A stretch of 64,000 nucleotides of DNA from Eledone cirrhosa (taxonomy: Eukaryota): positions 61,876,001 to 61,940,000 of the forward strand of contig OZ024743.1 of assembly GCA_964016885.1 (NCBI GenBank). The letters run 5' to 3'. The translations under genes and the position numbers were made by a program. The notes beneath the pieces are model-generated. The model made no database searches and was not told where the DNA came from. It was given only the letters and a program-made list of their open reading frames with translations. Each line of letters opens with the position of its first letter. Position 1 is the first letter of the stretch. Below are positions 48,201 to 62,300 of this stretch, piece by piece.

Positions 48201-50470
48201 ACACCACATCTAGTATATATAGACACCACATCTAGTATATATAGACACCACATCTAGTCATATATAGGCACCACGTCTAGTCATATATAGACACCACGTC
48301 TAGTATATATATAGACACCACGTCTAGTATATATATAGACACCACATCTAGTAAATATAGACACCACATCTAGTAAATATAGACACCACATCTAGTATAT
48401 ATAGACACCACATCTAGTCATATATAGGCACCACGTCTAGTTACATATAGACACCACATCTAGTCATATATAGGCACCACGTCTAGTATATATAGACACC
48501 ACGTCTAGCTATATATAGACACCACGTCTAGTTATGTATAGACACCACTTCTAGTTATATATAGACACCACGTCTAGTTATATATAGACACCACGCCTAG
48601 TTATATATAGACACCACGTCTAGTTATATATAGACACCACATCTAGTCACATATAGGCACCAGGTCTAGTTATATATAGACACCACATCTAGTCATATAT
48701 AGACACCACGTCTAGTATATATAGGCACCACGTCTAGTCATATATAGGCACCACGTCTAGTCATATATAGACATCACATCTAGTCATATATAGACACCAC
48801 ATCTAATCATATATAGACACCACATCTAGTCATATATAGACACCACGTCTTGTATATATAGACACCACATCTAGTCATATATAGACACCACGTCTAGTAT
48901 ATATAGACACCACATGTAGTTTATATAGACACCAATTCTAGTATATATAGACACCACGTCTAGTATATATAGACACCACATCTACTCATATATAGACACC
49001 ATATCTAGTCATATATAGACACCACGTCTAGTCATATATAGGCACCACGTCTAGTCATATATAGACACCACGTCTAGTCATATATAGACACCACGTCTAG
49101 TCATATATAGACACCACGTCTAGTTATATATAGGCACCACGTCTAGTCATATATACACACCACGTCTAGTATATATAGACACTACATCTAGTAATATATA
49201 GACACCACATCTAGTATATATAGACACCACATCTAGTATATATAGACACCACGTCTAGTATATATAGACAGCACATCTAGTATATATAAACACCACATTT
49301 AGTCATATATAGACACCACATCTAGTCATATATAGACACCACATCTAGTATATATAGACACCACATCTAGTCCTATATAGACACCACATCTAGTTATATA
49401 TAGACACCACGTCTAGTCATATATAGACACCACGTCTAGTATATATAGAGACCACGTCTAGTCATATATAGACACCACATCTAGTCATATATAGACACCA
49501 CATCTAGTCATATATAGACACCACGTCTAGTTATATATAGACACCACATCTAGTATATATAGACACCACGTCTAGTATATGTAGACACCACATCTAGTCA
49601 TATATAGACACCACATCTAGTTATATATAGACACCACGTCTAGTCATATATAGACACCACATCTAGTATATATAGACACCACATCTAGTATATATAGACA
49701 CCACATCTAGTATATATAGATACCACATTTAGTCATATGTAGACACCACATCTAGTTATATATAGACACCACGTCTAGTATATATAGACACCACATTTAG
49801 TTATATATAGACACCACGTCTAGTCATATATATAGACACCACATCTAGTCATATATAGACACTACGTCTAGTTATATATAGACACCACATCTAGTTATAT
49901 ATAGACACCACATCTAGTTATATATAGACACCACATCTAGTCATATATAGACACCACATCTAGTATATATAGACACCACCTCTAGTCATATATAGACACC
50001 ACATCTAGTCATATATAGACACCACATCTAGTCATATATAGACACCACATCTAGTCATATATAGACACCACATCTAGTTATATATAGACACCACATCTAG
50101 TTATATATAGACACCACATCTAGTCATATTTAGACACCACATCTAGTCATATTTAGACACCACATCTAGTCATATATAGACACCACATCTAGTCATATAT
50201 AGACACCACATCTAGTTATATATAGACACCACATCTAGTATATATAGACACCACCTCTAGTCATATATAGACACCACATCTAGTCATATATAGACACCAC
50301 ATCTAGTTATATATAGACACCACATCTAGTTATATATAGACACCACATCTAGTCATATTTAGACACCACATCTAGTCATATATAGACACCACATCTAGTC
50401 ATATATAGACACCACATCTAGTATATATAGACACCACGTCTAGTATATATAGACACCACATCTACTCATA
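45285..50470 (+). repeat. 2593-bp near-identical tandem block duplication with chimeric junction at about 47870-47885
   Basis: The gg of tatggacaccata (45446/48039) and aattctag (46341/48934) both have offset 2593. The junction monomer ctactcatatatcgac combines the variants at 50462 (ctactc) and 45288 (cgac). Confidence 0.9.
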
Positions 50471-50899
50471 TATAGACACCACGTCTAGTATATATAGACA
50501 CCACGGCTAGTATATATAGACACCACATCTAGTCATATACAGACACCACGTCTAGTATATATAGACACCACGTCTAGTTATATATAGACACCACATCTAG
50601 TCATATATAGACACCACATCTAGTTATATATAGACACCACATCTAGTTTATATAGACACCACAGCTAGTATATATAGACACCACATCTAGTATATATAGA
50701 CACCACATCTAGTATATATAGACACAACATTTAGTCATATATAGACACCACATCTAGTTATATATAGACACCACGTCTAGTATATATAGACACCACATTT
50801 AGTCATATATAGACACAACGTCTAGTCATATATAGACACCACATCTAGTCATATATAGACACCACGTCTAGTTATATATAGACACCACATCTAGTCATA

Positions 50900-53800
50900 T
50901 ATAGACACCACATCTAGTCATATATAGACACCACGTCTAGTTATATATAGACACCACGTCTAGTATATATAGACACCACATCTAGTCATATATAGACACC
51001 ACGTCTAGTATATATAGACACCACGTCTAGTATATATAGACACCACGTCTAGTATATATAGACACCACGTCTAGTATATATAGACACCACATCTAGTCAT
51101 ATATAGGCACCACATCTAGTATATATAGACACCACGTCTAGTCATATATAGACACCACGTCTAGTATATATATAGAGACCACATCTAGTATATATAGACA
51201 CCACTTCTAGTCATATATAGGCACCACGTCTAGTTATATATAGACACCACATCTAGTTATATAGACACCACATCTAGTTATATATAGGCACCACGTCTTG
51301 TTATATATAGACACCACATCTAGTCATATATAGGCACCACGTCTAGTATATATAGACACCACGTCTAGTTATATAAAGACACCACGTCTAGTTATGTATA
51401 GACACCACTTCTAGTTATATATAGACACCACGTCTAGTTATATATAGACACCACATCTAGTCACATATAGGCACCAGGTCTAGTTATATATAGACACCAC
51501 ATCTAGTCATATATAGGCACCAGGTCTAGTTATATATAGGCACCAGGTCTAGTTATATATAGACACCACATCTAGTCATATATAGACACCACATCTAGTA
51601 ATATATAGACACCACGTCTAGTATATTTTGACACCACGTCTAGTATATATATACACCACATCTAGTCATATATAGACACCACGTCTAGTATATATAGACA
51701 CCACATGTAGTTTATATAGACACCAAATCTAGTTACATATAGACACCACATCTAGTATATATATAGACACCACGTCTAGTCATATATAGACACCACGTCT
51801 TGTATATATAGTCACCACATCTAGTATATATAGACACCACATCTAGTATATATAGACACCACATCTAGTATATATAGACACCACGTCTAGTATATATAGA
51901 CACCACATCTAGTATATATAGACACCACATCTAGTATATATAAGCACCACATCTAGTATATATATAGGCACCACATCTAGTATATTTAGACACCACGTCT
52001 AGTATATATAGACACCACGTCTAGTCATATATAGACACCACGTCAAGTTATATATAGACACCACATCTAGTGATAGATAGACACCACGTCTAGTATATAT
52101 AGACACCACGTCTAGTCATATATAGACACCACGTCTAGTATATATAGAAACCACGTCTAGTATATATAGAAACCACGTCTAGTCATATATGGACACCACG
52201 TCTAGTATATATAGACACCACATCTAGTCATATATAGACACCACATCTAGTCATATATAGACACCACGTCTAGTATATATAGACACCACGTCTAGTCATA
52301 TATAGACACCACGTCTAGTATATATAGAGACAACGTCTAGTATATATAGACACCACATCTAGTATATATAGACACCACGTCTAGTATATATAGACACCAC
52401 GTCTAGTATATATAGACACCATATCTAGTCATATATAGGGACCACATCTAGTATATATAGACACCACGTCTAGTCATATATAGGCACCACGTCTAGTCAT
52501 ATATAGGCACCACATCTAGTATATATAGACACCACATCTAGTCATATATAGACACCACGTCTAGTATATATATAGTCACCACGTCTAGTCATATATAGAC
52601 ACCACGTCTAGTATATATAGACACCACATCTAGTCATATATAGACACCACGTCTAGTATATATAGACACCACGTCTAGTATATATAGACACCACGTCTAG
52701 TATATATAGACACCACATCTAGTCATATATCGACACCACATCTAGTATATATAGACACCACGTTTAGTATATATATAGTCACCACGTCTAGTCATATATA
52801 GACACCACGTCTAGTATATATAGACACCACATCTAGTTATATATAGACACCACGTCAAGTATATATAGACACCACATCTAGTATATATAGACACCATATC
52901 TAGTTATATATAGACACCACATCTAGTTATATATAGACACCACGTCAAGTATATATAGACACCACATCTAGTATATATAGACATCACATCTAGTCATATA
53001 TAGACACCCCATCTAGTCATATATAGACACCACGTCTAGTATATATATAGACACCACATCTAGTATATATAGACACCACGTCTAGTATATATAGACACCA
53101 CATCTAGTATATATAGACACCACATCTAGTATATATAAGCACCACATCTAGTATATATATAGGCACCACATCTAGTATATTTAGACACCACGTCTAGTAT
53201 ATATAGACACCACATCTAGTATATATAGACACCACGTCTAGTCATATATAGACACCACGTCAAGTTATATATAGACACCACATCTAGTGATAGATAGACA
53301 CCACGTCTAGTATATATAGACACCACGTCTAGTCATATATAGACACCACGTCTAGTATATATAGAAACCACGTCTAGTCATATATAGACACCACGTCTAG
53401 TATATATAGACACCACATCTAGTCATATATAGACACCACATCTAGTCATATATAGACACCACGTCTAGTATATATATAGACACCACATCTAGTATATATA
53501 GACACCACATCTAGTATATATAGACACCACATCTAGTCATATATAGGCACCACGTCTAGTCATATATAGACACCACGTCTAGTATATATATAGACACCAC
53601 GTCTAGTATATATATAGACACCACATCTAGTAAATATAGACACCACATCTAGTAAATATAGACACCACATCTAGTATATATAGACACCACATCTAGTCAT
53701 ATATAGGCACCACGTCTAGTTACATATAGACACCACATCTAGTCATATATAGGCACCACGTCTAGTATATATAGACACCACGTCTAGCTATATATAGACA

Positions 53801-56340
53801 CCACGTCTAGTTATGTATAGACACCACTTCTAGTTATATATAGACACCACGTCTAGTTATATATAGACACCACGCCTAGTTATATATAGACACCACGTCT
53901 AGTTATATATAGACACCACATCTAGTCACATATAGGCACCAGGTCTAGTTATATATAGACACCACATCTAGTCATATATAGACACCACGTCTAGTATATA
54001 TAGGCACCACGTCTAGTCATATATAGGCACCACGTCTAGTCATATATAGACACCACATCTAGTCATATATAGACACCACATCTAATCATATATAGACACC
54101 ACATCTAGTCATATATAGACACCACGTCATGTATATATAGACACCACATCTAGTCATATATAGACACCACGTCTAGTATATATAGACACCACATGTAGTT
54201 TATATAGACACCAATTCTAGTATATATAGACACCACGTCTAGTATATATAGACACCACATCTACTCATATATAGACACCATATCTAGTCATATATAGACA
54301 CCACGTCTAGTCATATATAGGCACCACGTCTAGTCATATATAGACACCACGTCTAGTCATATATAGACACCACGTCTAGTCATATATAGACACCACGTCT
54401 AGTTATATATAGGCACCACGTCTAGTCATATATACACACCACGTCTAGTATATATAGACTCTATATCTAGTAATATATAGACACCACATCTAGTATATAT
54501 AGACACCACATCTAGTATATATAGACACCACGTCTAGTATATATAGACAGCACATCTAGTATATATAAACACCACATTTAGTCATATATAGACACCACAT
54601 CTAGTCATATATAGACACCACATCTAGTATATATAGACACCACATCTAGTCCTATATAGACACCACATCTAGTTATATATAGACACCACGTCTAGTCATA
54701 TATAGACACCACGTCTAGTATATATAGAGACCACGTCTAGTCATATATAGACACCACATCTAGTCATATATAGACACCACATCTAGTCATATATAGACAC
54801 CACGTCTAGTTATATATAGACACCACATCTAGTATATATAGACACCACGTCTAGTATATGTAGACACCACATCTAGTCATATATAGACACCACATCTAGT
54901 TATATATAGACACCACGTCTAGTCATATATAGACACCACATCTAGTATATATAGACACCACATCTAGTATATATAGACACCACGTCTAGTTATATATAGA
55001 CACCACATCTAGTCATATATAGACCACATCTAGTTATATATAGACACCACATCTAGTATATATAGACACCACAGCTAGTATATATAGACACCACATCTAG
55101 TATATATAGATACCACATTTAGTCATATGTAGACACCACATCTAGTTATATATAGACACCACGTCTAGTATATATAGACACCACATTTAGTTATATATAG
55201 ACACCACGTCTAGTCATATATATAGACACCACATCTAGTCATATATAGACACCACGTCTAGTTATATATAGACACCACATCTAGTTATATATAGACACCA
55301 CATCTAGTTATATATAGACACCACATCTAGTCATATATAGACACCACATCTAGTCATATATAGACACCACATCTAGTATATATAGACACCACCTCTAGTC
55401 ATATATAGACACCACATCTAGTCATATATAGACACCACATCTAGTCATATATAGACACCACATCTAGTCATATATAGACACCACATCTAGTTATATATAG
55501 ACACCACATCTAGTTATATATAGACACCACATCTAGTCATATTTAGACACCACATCTAGTCATATTTAGACACCACATCTAGTCATATATAGACACCACA
55601 TCTAGTCATATATAGACACCACATCTAGTTATATATAGACACCACATCTAGTATATATAGACACCACCTCTAGTCATATATAGACACCACATCTAGTCAT
55701 ATATAGACACCACATCTAGTTATATATAGACACCACATCTAGTTATATATAGACACCACATCTAGTCATATTTAGACACCACATCTAGTCATATATAGAC
55801 ACCACATCTAGTCATATATAGACACCACATCTAGTATATATAGACACCACGTCTAGTATATATAGACACCACATCTACTCATATATAGACACCACGTCTA
55901 GTATATATAGACACCACGGCTAGTATATATAGACACCACATCTAGTCATATACAGACACCACGTCTAGTATATATAGACACCACGTCTAGTTATATATAG
56001 ACACCACATCTAGTCATATATAGACACCACATCTAGTTATATATAGACACCACATCTAGTTTATATAGACACCACAGCTAGTATATATAGACACCACATC
56101 TAGTATATATAGACACCACATCTAGTATATATAGACACAACATTTAGTCATATATAGACACCACATCTAGTTATATATAGACACCACGTCTAGTATATAT
56201 AGACACCACATTTAGTCATATATAGACACAACGTCTAGTCATATATAGACACCACATCTAGTCATATATAGACACCACGTCTAGTTATATATAGACACCA
56301 CATCTAGTCATATATAGACACCACATCTAGTCATATATAG
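50900..56340 (+). repeat. Mosaic block: about 50900-53460 repeats about 25950-28500 (and 42340-44830); about 53460-56340 repeats about 48180-50930
   Basis: tattttgac about 26659/43052/51624; gaaaccac 27182/43509/52147; then gtaaatatag pairs, aattctag 48934/54213, gtcctata and catatacag in order. Confidence 0.8.
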
Positions 56341-59300
56341 ACACCACATCTAGTCATATATAGACACCACATCTAGTCATATATAGACACCACATCTAGT
56401 CATATATAGGCACCACGTCTAGTCATATATAGACACCACATCTAGTCATATATAGACACCACATCTAGTCATATATAGACACCACGTCTAGTTATATATA
56501 GACACCACGTCTAGTTATATATAGACACCACATCTAGTATATATAGACACCACGTCTAGTATATATAGACACCACGTCTAGTATATATAGACACCACGTC
56601 TAGTATATATAGGCACCACGTCTAGTCATAAATAGACACCACGTCTAGTATATACAGGCACCACGTCTAGTCATATATAGACACCACGTCTTGTATATAT
56701 AGACACCACGTCTAGTCATATATAGACACCACGTCTAGTCATATATAGACACCACATCTAGTCATATATAGGCACCACGTCTAGTATATATAGACGCCAC
56801 ATCTAGTATATATAGACACCACGTCTATTATACATAGACACCACATCTAGTACATATAGACACCACGTCTAGTATATATAGACACCACATCTAGTCATAT
56901 ATAGATACCACATATAGTCATATATAGGCACAACGTCTAGTCATATATAGGCACCACGTCTAGTTAAATATAGACACCACATCCAGTCATATATAGACAC
57001 CACGTCTAGTCATATATAGACACCACGTCTAGTCATATATAGACACCACGTCTAGTCATATATAGACACCACGTCTAGTCATATATAGACACCACATCTA
57101 GTCATATATAGGCACCACGTCTAGTATATATAGACGCCACATCTAGTCATATATAGACACCATGTCTAGTATATATAGACACAACATCTAGTCCTATATA
57201 GACACCACGTCTAGTATATATAGACACCACGGCTAGTATATATAGACACCACATCTAGTCATATATAGGCACCAGGTCTAGTATATATAGACACCACATC
57301 TAGTATATATAGACACCACATCTAGTATATATAGACACCACGTCTAGTATATATAGACACCACATCTAGTCATATATAGACACCACATCTAGTCATATAT
57401 AGACACCACATCTAGTTATATATAGACACCACATCTAGTTATATATAGACACCACATCTAGTATATATAGACACCATCTCCAGTCATATATAGACACCAC
57501 ATCTAGTCATATATAGACACCACATCTAGTCATATATAGACACCACATCTAGTCATATATAGACACCACATCTAGTTATATATAGACACCACATCTAGTT
57601 ATATATAGACACCACATCTAGTCATATTTAGACACCACATCTAGTCATATTTAGACACCACATCTAGTCATATATAGACACCACATCTAGTCATATATAG
57701 ACACCACATCTAGTTATATATAGACACCACATCTAGTATATATAGACACCACCTCTAGTCATATATATACACCACATCTAGTCATATATAGACACCACAT
57801 CTAGTTATATATAGACACCACATCTAGTTATATATAGACACCACATCTAGTCATATTTAGACACCACATCTAGTCATATATAGACACCACATCTAGTCAT
57901 ATATAGACACCACATCTAGTATATATAGACACCACGTCTAGTATATATAGACACCACATCTACTCATATATAGACACCACGTCTAGTATATATAGACACC
58001 ACGGCTAGTATATATAGACACCACATCTAGTCATATATAGACACCACGTCTAGTATATATAGACACCACGTCTAGTTATATATAGACACCACATCTAGTC
58101 ATATATAGACACCACATCTAGTTATATATAGACACCACATCTAGTATATATAGACACCACAGCTAGTATATATAGACACCACATCTAGTATATATAGACA
58201 CCACAACTAGTATATATAGACACAACATTTAGTCATATATAGACACCACATCTAGTTATATATAGACACCACGTCTAGTATATATAGACACCACATTTAG
58301 TCATATATAGACACAACGTCTAGTCATATATAGACACCACATCTAGTCATATATAGACACCACGTCTAGTCATATATAGACACCACGTCTAGTCATATAT
58401 AGACACCACATCTAGTCATATATAGGCACCACGTCTAGTATATATAGACGCCACATCTAGTCATATATAGACACCATGTCTAGTATATATAGACACATCT
58501 AGTCCTATATAGACACCACGTCTAGTATATATAGACACCACGGCTAGTATATATAGACACCACATCTAGTCATATATAGGCACCAGGTCTAGTATATATA
58601 GACACCACATCTAGTATATATAGACACCACATCTAGTATATATAGACACCACGTCTAGTATATTTAGACACCACATCTAGTCATATATAGACACCACATC
58701 TAGTCATATATAGACACCACATCTAGTTATATATAGACACCACATCTAGTATATATAGACACCACCTCTAGTCATATATAGACACCACATCTAGTCATAT
58801 ATAGACACCACATCTAGTTATATATAGACACCACATCTAGTTATATATAGACACCACATCTAGTCATATTTAGACACCACATCTAGTCATATATAGACAC
58901 CACATCTAGTCATATATAGACACCACATCTAGTATATATAGACACCACGTCTAGTATATATAGACACCACATCTAGTATATATAGACACCACAACTAGTA
59001 TATATAGACACAACATTTAGTCATATATAGACACCACATCTAGTTATATATAGACACCACGTCTAGTATATATAGACACCACATTTAGTCATATATAGAC
59101 ACAACGTCTAGTCATATATAGACACCACATCTAGTCATATATAGACACCACGTCTAGTTATATATAGACACCACATCTAGTCATATATAGACACCACATC
59201 TAGTCATATATAGACACCACATCTAGTCATATATAGACACCACATCTAGTCATATATAGACACCACATCTAGTCATATATAGGCACCACGTCTAGTCATA

Positions 59301-62300
59301 TATAGACACCACATCTAGTCATATATAGACACCACATCTAGTCATATATAGACACCACGTCTAGTTATATATAGACACCACGTCTAGTTATATATAGACA
59401 CCACATCTAGTATATATAGACACCACGTCTAGTATATATAGACACCACGTCTAGTATATATAGACACCACGTCTAGTATATATAGGCACCACGTCTAGTC
59501 ATAAATAGACACCACGTCTAGTATATACAGGCACCACGTCTAGTCATATATAAACACCACGTCTTGTATATATAGACACCACGTCTAGTCATATATAGAC
59601 ACCACGTCTAGTCATATATAGACACCACGTCTAGTCATATATAGACACCACGTCTAGTCATATATAGACACCACGTCTAGTCATATATAGACACCACATC
59701 TAGTCATATATAGGCACCACGTCTAGTATATATAGACGCCACATCTAGTATATATAGACACCACGTCTATTATACATAGACACCACATCTAGTATATATA
59801 GACACCACGGCTAGTATATATAGACACCACATCTAGTCATATATAGACACCACGTCTAGTATATATAGACACCACGTCTAGTTATATATAGACACCACAT
59901 CTAGTCATATATAGACACCACATCTAGTTATATATAGACACCACATCTAGTATATATAGACACCACAGCTAGTATATATAGACACCACATCTAGTATATA
60001 TAGACACCACAACTAGTATATATAGACACAACATTTAGTCATATATAGACACCACATCTAGTTATATATAGACACCACGTCTAGTATATATAGACACCAC
60101 ATTTAGTCATATATAGACACAACGTCTAGTCATATATAGACACCACATCTAGTCATATATAGACACCACGTCTAGTCATATATAGACACCACGTCTAGTC
60201 ATATATAGACACCACATCTAGTCATATATAGGCACCACGTCTAGTATATATAGACGCCACATCTAGTCATATATAGACACCATGTCTAGTATATATAGAC
60301 ACAACATCTAGTCCTATATAGACACCACGTCTAGTATATATAGACACCACGGCTAGTATATATAGACACCACATCTAGTCATATATAGGCACCAGGTCTA
60401 GTATATATAGACACCACATCTAGTATATATAGACACCACATCTAGTATATATAGACACCACGTCTAGTATATTTAGACACCACATCTAGTCATATATAGA
60501 CACCACATCTAGTCATATATAGACACCACATCTAGTTATATATAGACACCACATCTAGTATATATAGACACCACCTCTAGTCATATATAGACACCACATC
60601 TAGTCATATATAGACACCACATCTAGTTATATATAGACACCACATCTAGTTATATATAGACACCACATCTAGTCATATTTAGACACCACATCTAGTCATA
60701 TATAGACACCACATCTAGTATATATAGACACCACGTCTAGTATATATAGACACCACATCTAGTATATATAGACACCACAACTAGTATATATAGACACAAC
60801 ATTTAGTCATATATAGACACCACATCTAGTTTATATATACTAGACGTGGTGTCTATATATGACACCACATTTAGTCATATATAGACACAACGTCTAGTCA
60901 TATATAGACACCACATCTAGTCATATATAGACACCACGTCTAGTTATATATAGACACCACATCTAGTCATATATAGACACCACATCTAGTCATATATAGA
61001 CACCACATCTAGTCATATATAGACACCACATCTAGTCATATATAGACACCACATCTAGTCATATATAGGCACCACGTCTAGTCATATATAGACACCACAT
61101 CTAGTCATATATAGACACCACATCTAGTCATATATAGACACCACGTCTAGTTATATATAGACACCACGTCTAGTTATATATAGACACCACATCTAGTATA
61201 TATAGACACCACGTCTAGTATATATAGACACCACGTCTAGTATATATAGACACCACGTCTAGTATATATAGGCACCACGTCTAGTCATAAATAGACACCA
61301 CGTCTAGTATATACAGGCACCACGTCTAGTCATATATAAACACCACGTCTTGTATATATAGACACCACGTCTAGTCATATATAGACACCACGTCTAGTCA
61401 TATATAGACACCACGTCTAGTCATATATAGACACCACGTCTAGTCATATATAGACACCACATCTAGTCATATATAGGCACCACGTCTAGTATATATAGAC
61501 GCCACATCTAGTATATATAGACACCACGTCTATTATACATAGACACCACATCTAGTACATATAGACACCACGTCTAGTATATATAGACACCACATCTAGT
61601 CATATATAGATACCACATATAGTCATATATAGACACAACGTCTAGTCATATATAGGCACCACGTCTAGTTAAATATAGACACCACATCTAGTCATATATA
61701 GACACCACGTCTAGTCATATATAGACACCACGTCTAGTCATATATAGACACCACGTCTAGTCATATATAGACACCACATCTAGTTATATATAGACACCAC
61801 ATCTAGTTTATATAGACACCACAGCTAGTATATATAGACACCACATCTAGTATATATAGACACCACATCTAGTATATATAGACACAACATTTAGTCATAT
61901 ATAGACACCACATCTAGTTATATATAGACACCACGTCTAGTATATATAGACACCACATTTAGTCATATATAGACACAACGTCTAGTCATATATAGACACC
62001 ACATCTAGTCATATATAGACACCACGTCTAGTTATATATAGACACCACATCTAGTCATATATAGACACCACATCTAGTCATATATAGACACCACATCTAG
62101 TCATATATAGACACCACATCTAGTCATATATAGACACCACATCTAGTCATATATAGGCACCACGTCTAGTCATATATAGACACCACATCTAGTCATATAT
62201 AGACACCACATCTAGTCATATATAGACACCACGTCTAGTTATATATAGACACCACGTCTAGTTATATATAGACACCACATCTAGTATATATAGACACCAC

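Noticed and set aside
597-60860. The two inverted segments as terminal inverted repeats of a transposon or ends of a large inversion
   Set aside because: Each is a local flip of satellite sequence. Orientation is unchanged on both sides, and there is no transposase or target-site duplication.
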